Source: Candidatus Poribacteria bacterium (GTDB lineage Bacteria; Poribacteria; WGA-4E; WGA-3G). From it: a stretch of 64,000 nt of DNA. Positions within the stretch are counted from its first letter, which is position 1. Each line of letters opens with the position of its first letter. The stretch is taken from assembly GCA_963665235.2 (NCBI GenBank), contig CAXXLX010000001.1, forward strand, positions 2,464,001 to 2,528,000, in the 5' to 3' direction. Shown here piece after piece: positions 61,029-64,000 of this stretch. The translations under genes and the position numbers were made by a program. The notes below the pieces were generated by a model. It saw only the letters and a list, made by a program, of their open reading frames with translations, did not search any database and was not told the origin of the DNA.

Positions 61029-62645
61029 TCAATTTGTGCCCTTTTCAGGAGGGGTTGTCTGTGGGGGAGTTGGTGGTGCTGCTCGCTCTGATTTTTCCGG
61101 TTTTTCTGGCGGGGGCTGTAGGCGTTTCAACCCCAAGTAGCGTTCTAGCTGTGCAGCGAGTGCCGGACTATCTTGCCTTATCCTGCGGAATCCCTCCTCA
61201 AATCCGTGTTGATACAAGGTGCCCAATGCCTTCTCAAGCCGTTCTGGGGTGAGTTGTTCCACAGGGTGTTCCGGCAGGAATTGTTTCCGAAATTGTCTTT
61301 CAAGTGCCTTCTCAATTTCCGCATCGGACATCGTTGCGAACTCTTCAAGTTGGCGGAGCTCATCCTGAAATCGCTCAAATTCGGATTTTGCTGCTTTGTG
61401 CGCAGCGGCGCGGACCGCGTCCACATCAAATTCACTACGCCAAGATTCAGCACCATCACCGCGAAACTGCCCATCCGGAAATGCTGTCTTTTCTTCAACT
61501 ATTTCCAGCATTTTTTCAAACATTTCCAACTCTTCCAATTCTTCCGCTCGTTGTGCATCGGTCATGTGGGCCCGAAGAAAGGCATCCCGATCAAAAGTAG
61601 GCGGCATTTCTGAAAGGATATTGTAATCGTTATCAACATAAATGATATTTACCCCTTCCGGATGAATACCTTCTTCGATGAGGGCTGCCTCCTGTTCATC
61701 TGTAAGCCGCGCCTTCTTACCCATTCCCCAGAACCTTGTTGCCGGCCCATCTCTGTTCACGTAGAGCGTGTTAGGCCACATAACTAGATATTTATCCGGA
61801 CGGTCATCAAAGAACTGAACCCCGCCTGCTGTTGGGTCTTCTGTTGTCACCTGTTTATAAATTTGCTGCTGCCAAATCTGCCGGTCGATGTAGGCGTTTT
61901 TATACGTTTCAAAATTGTCGGTTGGTGTAATACCCCCATTTCCTGTAGACCACCACTCTGGCTTTGACTCTGCATTAATAACCCATCCCCGGATGTGTAG
62001 CAACACTGTGTAATCATCGCGGTTTTCAAAATGCATGCCTTTATCTAGGAGCATCTGGAGCCACTCGGCGCGCGAATAATAAGCATCATAGGCACTCGTT
62101 GCAGGATACAATTCCACGTATTTTGCATCAAACGCTTCCATAAGGCCTTCGACAGTCTGTGGACCTTCATACCGTTTAGGGGGCTTGAAAATCGGGGATG
62201 TTACCCCGGGCAATAGGTGCCAGGGCGGTTTTCCTCCAACTGTTGGTATTTCATCTGTCAAAGGCTTAAACAGCTCCGCTATATTTTTCACACCTTCCCG
62301 AATCTTCGGGCGCTCTGCCTTAATCTCTGCAGGTGTCTTTAAAACATCATGTAGGACCTGTACTCCCAGCCAAGCTTCGGTTCTAGCATCAATCCACTCT
62401 TCCCACGTCTCCACTGTTTGTGTCCGTGAAGCTTCAAGTGCAGCTTGTGATGCAAGTGGGTGTAAGCGCAAGCGCGCGGCCTCTGTTTCTCCTGCTAAGG
62501 ATGGGAAAACGCGTTTCACCAAAGCGATGCGGGAATCGGAACGGATGATGTGAAAAAGCACGCCCCCAAGCACAAGCAAGAGCGGGATTATAATGAAGAA
62601 ATGTTTCCGTGTCATCAGTCTTTCTCCTTCGATTATGATGGGCAA
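61029..62645 (-). CDS. Membrane-anchored hypothetical protein with Pro-rich tail
   Basis: Long ORF, N-terminal TM, charged helical C-terminus; start may be 62615. Confidence 0.75.
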   Translation of the reverse strand: MPIIIEGERLMTRKHFFIIIPLLLVLGGVLFHIIRSDSRIALVKRVFPSLAGETEAARLRLHPLASQAALEASRTQTVETWEEWIDARTEAWLGVQVLHDVLKTPAEIKAERPKIREGVKNIAELFKPLTDEIPTVGGKPPWHLLPGVTSPIFKPPKRYEGPQTVEGLMEAFDAKYVELYPATSAYDAYYSRAEWLQMLLDKGMHFENRDDYTVLLHIRGWVINAESKPEWWSTGNGGITPTDNFETYKNAYIDRQIWQQQIYKQVTTEDPTAGGVQFFDDRPDKYLVMWPNTLYVNRDGPATRFWGMGKKARLTDEQEAALIEEGIHPEGVNIIYVDNDYNILSEMPPTFDRDAFLRAHMTDAQRAEELEELEMFEKMLEIVEEKTAFPDGQFRGDGAESWRSEFDVDAVRAAAHKAAKSEFERFQDELRQLEEFATMSDAEIEKALERQFRKQFLPEHPVEQLTPERLEKALGTLYQHGFEEGFRRIRQDSPALAAQLERYLGLKRLQPPPEKPEKSERAAPPTPPQTTPPEKGTN

Positions 62646-63174
62646 GCAGCGTTGATAGCATCAACGCTGCTCACTGATTTAATTATCGTACCCGTATTCG
62701 TATCCATCCACGGCTACCTTTAGTATACATGAAGTCAGGATTCCACGGCGGCACGTATTCTGCATATCCATCCGGATAGTCTTCCCTATTGCTTGTGTCA
62801 GAGACCTGCACGCCAGCAGCTATGGATTGTGTTCCAAACCAGAAATTCGTGCAAAACGAAGTTCGTGCGGGCGCGAAAATATCGCAGATTTCACATCCTG
62901 CGATAAGACCTTGTAAACAAGTAGAATAATTAACGAATATATAGGTGAGGGGGGGGGGTAGAAGTTAACTGAACGTAAATATGCAGACACATGCATCGTA
63001 CATGGGCACACGGTCGCTCACGTAACACGGGCGTGGGCGGTATCAATTTCTGGATTGCGGTCCCTACATGATGTCGGTTTTTCACTGTTAAATCCCCTAT
63101 TCTGTATCAGAAAATATGAGTGTGAAGTGTAATTTTCCGGTTTTGCTGCCAACTTTATACGGCTAACGTGGTCA

Positions 63175-63350
63175 TTTATACCCTAAGTTCCGGTGAATGT
63201 CAAGTTTTTTCAAAAAATTTCCGAAATTTCCCAGCTTTATAGACCAATTCTGTTAGATTATACACACGAATCCAATTTTTGTCAAGCTTTTTTTTCAAAT
63301 TTCATTAGATTATACACACGAATCCAATTTTTGTCAAGCTTTTTTTTCAA
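63175..63350 (-). promoter_or_regulatory. Three tandem sigma70 consensus promoters (two from a 52-bp duplication)
   Basis: TTGACA-17-TATAAT at 63257-63285 and 63309-63337; TTGACA-17-TATAAA at 63175-63203. Confidence 0.65.
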
Positions 63351-63516
63351 AAAATCAAATGCCGCGATATTCACCGCGTTTTGCAGAGACGACTGTCCCG
63401 CACCCAAAAATCAGCGCCTGATTTCCGGCAAGTTGAATCGGGAGAATTATCCAATCGGCGCGCATATTTGGCACAATTAAGCGACGCGCGCCGGATAGGT
63501 TAGTGGAGAAGTGAGA

Positions 63517-64000
63517 TTACAGCGCAAACGCCTTCTCATCGTCCAATTCCATCAGTGCGAACCAGGTGTTGATATCCGTGCGGTCCGGCGCGATTTTATT
63601 GCGTATTTTCGCCATCAGCGCCTTATGCTGTTCAGTCTCCGGCCCCAGGTGCGTCATCGTTTCATTAAACGCTTTGATGGCTGCTTCATGCTTTGGGTAA
63701 TGTGTTTTCAACCAGGCTTCAACGTCAGCATCGGTGGGCAATGTCTTCAGGGCTTCAGCGAACTCCGCAGCGGGTATACCGAGAAAGGAGAGTATCGCTC
63801 GGTCTATACCTGACCCCTCACCGTAAAAATATTCGCCTAACGTGCCGGCATTAAATGCTCTCCCCTTATCAATCAACCGGGCAATTTGAACCGTGCCGTA
63901 AACGTCGGTATTGTAAGGGCTTCGTGGGGCGTGACGTTGAAGGTCAACGATGCCGAAACTTAGCTCATCGTCCAGGTCTTGGAGTGCGACCCATGTCGTG
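63517..64000 (-). CDS. DUF5069-domain protein, C-terminal part (truncated by window edge)
   Basis: APRSPY...ARLIDKGRA...GTLGEY.Y...D..IL.FLGI; repeated TW.AL..LDDE. Confidence 0.7.
   Translation of the reverse strand, partial: TTWVALQDLDDELSFGIVDLQRHAPRSPYNTDVYGTVQIARLIDKGRAFNAGTLGEYFYGEGSGIDRAILSFLGIPAAEFAEALKTLPTDADVEAWLKTHYPKHEAAIKAFNETMTHLGPETEQHKALMAKIRNKIAPDRTDINTWFALMELDDEKAFAL

Overview
Bacterial chromosomal window. Its gene content resembles Candidatus Poribacteria (inference): LamG proteins with a 'P.xKLTTxWGxLK' tail, WD40/cohesin/dockerin proteins with an NYPNPFNP C-terminal domain, PhyH, Rpn and DUF5069. Housekeeping genes include fabG-acpP-fabF-folK, sucC and sucD (about 7 kb apart), pgk, proS, panB, hisI-trpE-trpG, groEL, purS-like and a GGGP synthase-grpE-dnaJ-prmA run. 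There is also an ECF sigma/anti-sigma/RseB-like trio, Fe(III) ABC components and a BrnTA pair. Main observations: (1) an unannotated 30-aa leader peptide with interleaved His and Trp codons (HDWHWWH) and a full 1:2/2:3/3:4 attenuator ahead of the mixed hisI-trpE-trpG operon; (2) a complete non-autonomous IsrB (OMEGA) element whose removal restores a host ORF, carrying two identical 24-bp frame-preserving micro-insertions, each 5' of ACGT; (3) a cobalamin-riboswitch operon of two beta-propellers and a lipoprotein/ECF-S-like fusion; (4) a layered repeat system of GTAG REPs, REP-carrying MITEs, a 1.36-kb TIR-bounded hairpin array and a REP inside trpE. Four isolated frameshifts, two in normally essential genes, suggest assembly indel errors. 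All calls come from reading the sequence by eye; no database searches were run.
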